From assembly GCA_013239625.1 (NCBI GenBank), contig MU053574.1:1-64000 (forward strand): 64,000 nucleotides of DNA, read 5' to 3'. The stretch is from Lama guanicoe. Taxonomy: Eukaryota. The notes under the pieces are model-generated. The model saw only the letters and a program-made list of their open reading frames with translations. It searched no databases and had not been told where the DNA came from. Shown one piece after another: positions 62,014-64,000 of this stretch; the stretch's first letter is position 1; each line of letters begins with the position of its first letter. The translations under genes and the position numbers were made by a program.

Positions 62014-64000
62014 GTGAGTTTCCAGGGCAACTGGTACCTCTGCCAAGGGGCTGGGTAGGTCACGGCCAGGGCCCTCGACTTCCTCCCTTCATGTCAGAAC
62101 AGGTTGAAGGAGTTTGACTGGGAGCTGCCGGCGAGGCTCCATCTCCCGTTCTGGGTGTGAGAAAGGAGGCAGGGGACATGCTGCCAGGGGTACCCACGTG
62201 TGCCCACCCGGCCGGCCTGTCTGCCTGCCCCCTGCCCGCCCAGGCGGGGTTGGGTGGCTGGGGATTGTCCTAGGGGCCCCTGTTCCTACGCTGCTTCTCA
62301 GATTACAAAACTTTTGTGCGTTGCTTTATCGTCTGCTCTCCTGAGAACGCCGAGAGCCGGATGGTGGTGGTGTTACTACTACTGTTTTTGTTATCATCAT
62401 CCCCATCTTCCTGATGGAGAAACTGAGGCTCAGGGAGGTGAAACTGAGGCTAGGAAGGTCCACAGCAGGGACTTGAGCACAAACCTAGACTCTAAATTTG
62501 AAGAGTTTCCCAAACCTGCAGGCCCCCTCCTCGGTGGTGTGTGCCAGTGTTCCACCAGTGTGGGCTCTGGGAGGGACAGGAGCCCCCCGCCCCCGTCTCC
62601 GACTGTTTCCCTTCCTAACCTTCCCCTCTTACTCTCAGGTTTCAGGCTCAGTTGCAGAGGCTTAGGCTCTATTTCCACCTGTTTGTGTCCCCTTCAGTTT
62701 CTCTTCCTCTCTCCTCCCCTGCACCCCAACCCCAGGCCCTTTGGGGATTGGTGGCCATTGGGGGTATCAGGGACCCCTCAGGGTGCTGGGCACTAAGCGC
62801 CCTGGGAGTGGAGAACAGAGTGGCCCCTGGTCTCCCTGTGGACAGTGTTTGTCATGGTGACCTTGGACTTGGGATGCAGTCCTCTGAGGGCCCCCCTCAG
62901 CATCCCCAGAGGTAAAGTCAGGGGCCGTGAGCACACCTCTCTAGGGGGGACAGGGAGGCCCCACAGCGAGCTGCCAGCATCTTACTCCTGAGCCACTTCC
63001 ACAGCTCCCAGCGTTGATTCATCTTGTTCTGGTTGCCCTGGGACAGAAACACCCCGTGAGGACATAGATTTCGGATGATGATGTCAGGTCCCTCCACCCA
63101 GGATGGTCTCCTGGCCGTTTGGAGGCTTCATTTCCCGCCTCCTGACATCTCTGAGCTTGGCCTCCAGCCGGTAGGGACTCCCCCTTCTCCCAAGGAGGAG
63201 GAGGGCCCTGGAAGTTCCCAGGACCCCAGCCGCACAGGAGGTGGGGCTAAGCCGGGCCCTCCCGCTGTGCCAAGAACTCCCACGCTCAGCCCAGGTGCCT
63301 CACCTCCTGCCAAGGTGTGTGCTCACCCGCCCACAGAGGCCACCCTGGGACCCAGGCAGCCAGGAATGGTGACGTCAGGTCAGGGAAATGCCCAAGGAAC
63401 CTGGCCAGGCCACACTCCCTCCATGAACTCCCCAGGCTCTAAATATAGACCACAAAAGACAGAGCGGGGTGACCTCCACCTGCCCAGTGAGAGATGGAAA
63501 GTGTTCCATCAAGGCCCGACCTGAGTCTGGGTACCTGACTGCTGTTTCTCACTGGGCCCCCAGCTGCCTCCATCACCTTGGTTGAGCCCAGGTTGGAGGA
63601 GGTGATGGCCGAGGCCCTTGTCACCTGGACATTGCCTTGAGCCCATTCACTCTGAGCCACTGTGTGCCTGGCAGGCCTCCCCAGAGCTGCACCCTCGGCC
63701 CAAACCCCATTCCCTGGGACCCTGTGAATCATCTATCATGTGCAGGGCAAAGAGGTGGGTGCAAAGTGGGAGGACTGGGCCAGGCAGAGAGGGGCTGGCG
63801 TGAGGCTCTGGGGATTGCAGCGGTTCTGTGTGAGCCTAGCCGGGTGTGGCAAGAGAGGACCCAGAGGTGCACGCTGAGGTCACTGTTGGTCTTTTGTCTT
63901 GGGGTCTTGCATCAGGGGGACCAATGGGATGACAGTGGGAAGGAGATGGGGCCCCAGAGGTCTGGCCTGAGCACATCTTAACCTGGAGGTGCGAGTGAGG

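Overview
Mammalian genomic DNA, most likely camelid (three Vic-1-type tRNA-derived SINEs), from the conserved lipocalin (OBP2B)-GBGT1-RALGDS block. All three genes lie on the + strand. (1) An intact 7-exon lipocalin (OBP2B/LCN1-like, 177 aa) at ~6.0-9.1 kb. (2) An intact GBGT1 Forssman synthase (347 aa, Gly230/Gln296) at ~33.6-42.6 kb. (3) The 5' end of RALGDS, with three phase-0 alternative first coding exons (46155, 52575, 61843). The standout is the 18.8-29.4 kb interval between OBP2B and GBGT1. Among L1 insertions it holds a decayed, intron-containing, exon-scrambled tandem array of RALGDS fragments with the repeating unit promoter/exon1 -> Pro-Ala-Glu repeat exon -> last exon/3'UTR -> two penultimate-region exons. 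The array includes two extra copies of the RALGDS distal promoter (one still CpG-rich), an inverted templated insertion and an inserted 5' tRNA-Gly half. The rest is L1, L2, MIR, MaLR and nested ERV1/ERVL debris. Gene identities come from recalled human protein sequences plus hand-checked splice phases; no database searches were run. Almost all ORFs in the six-frame track are spurious GC-rich frames.
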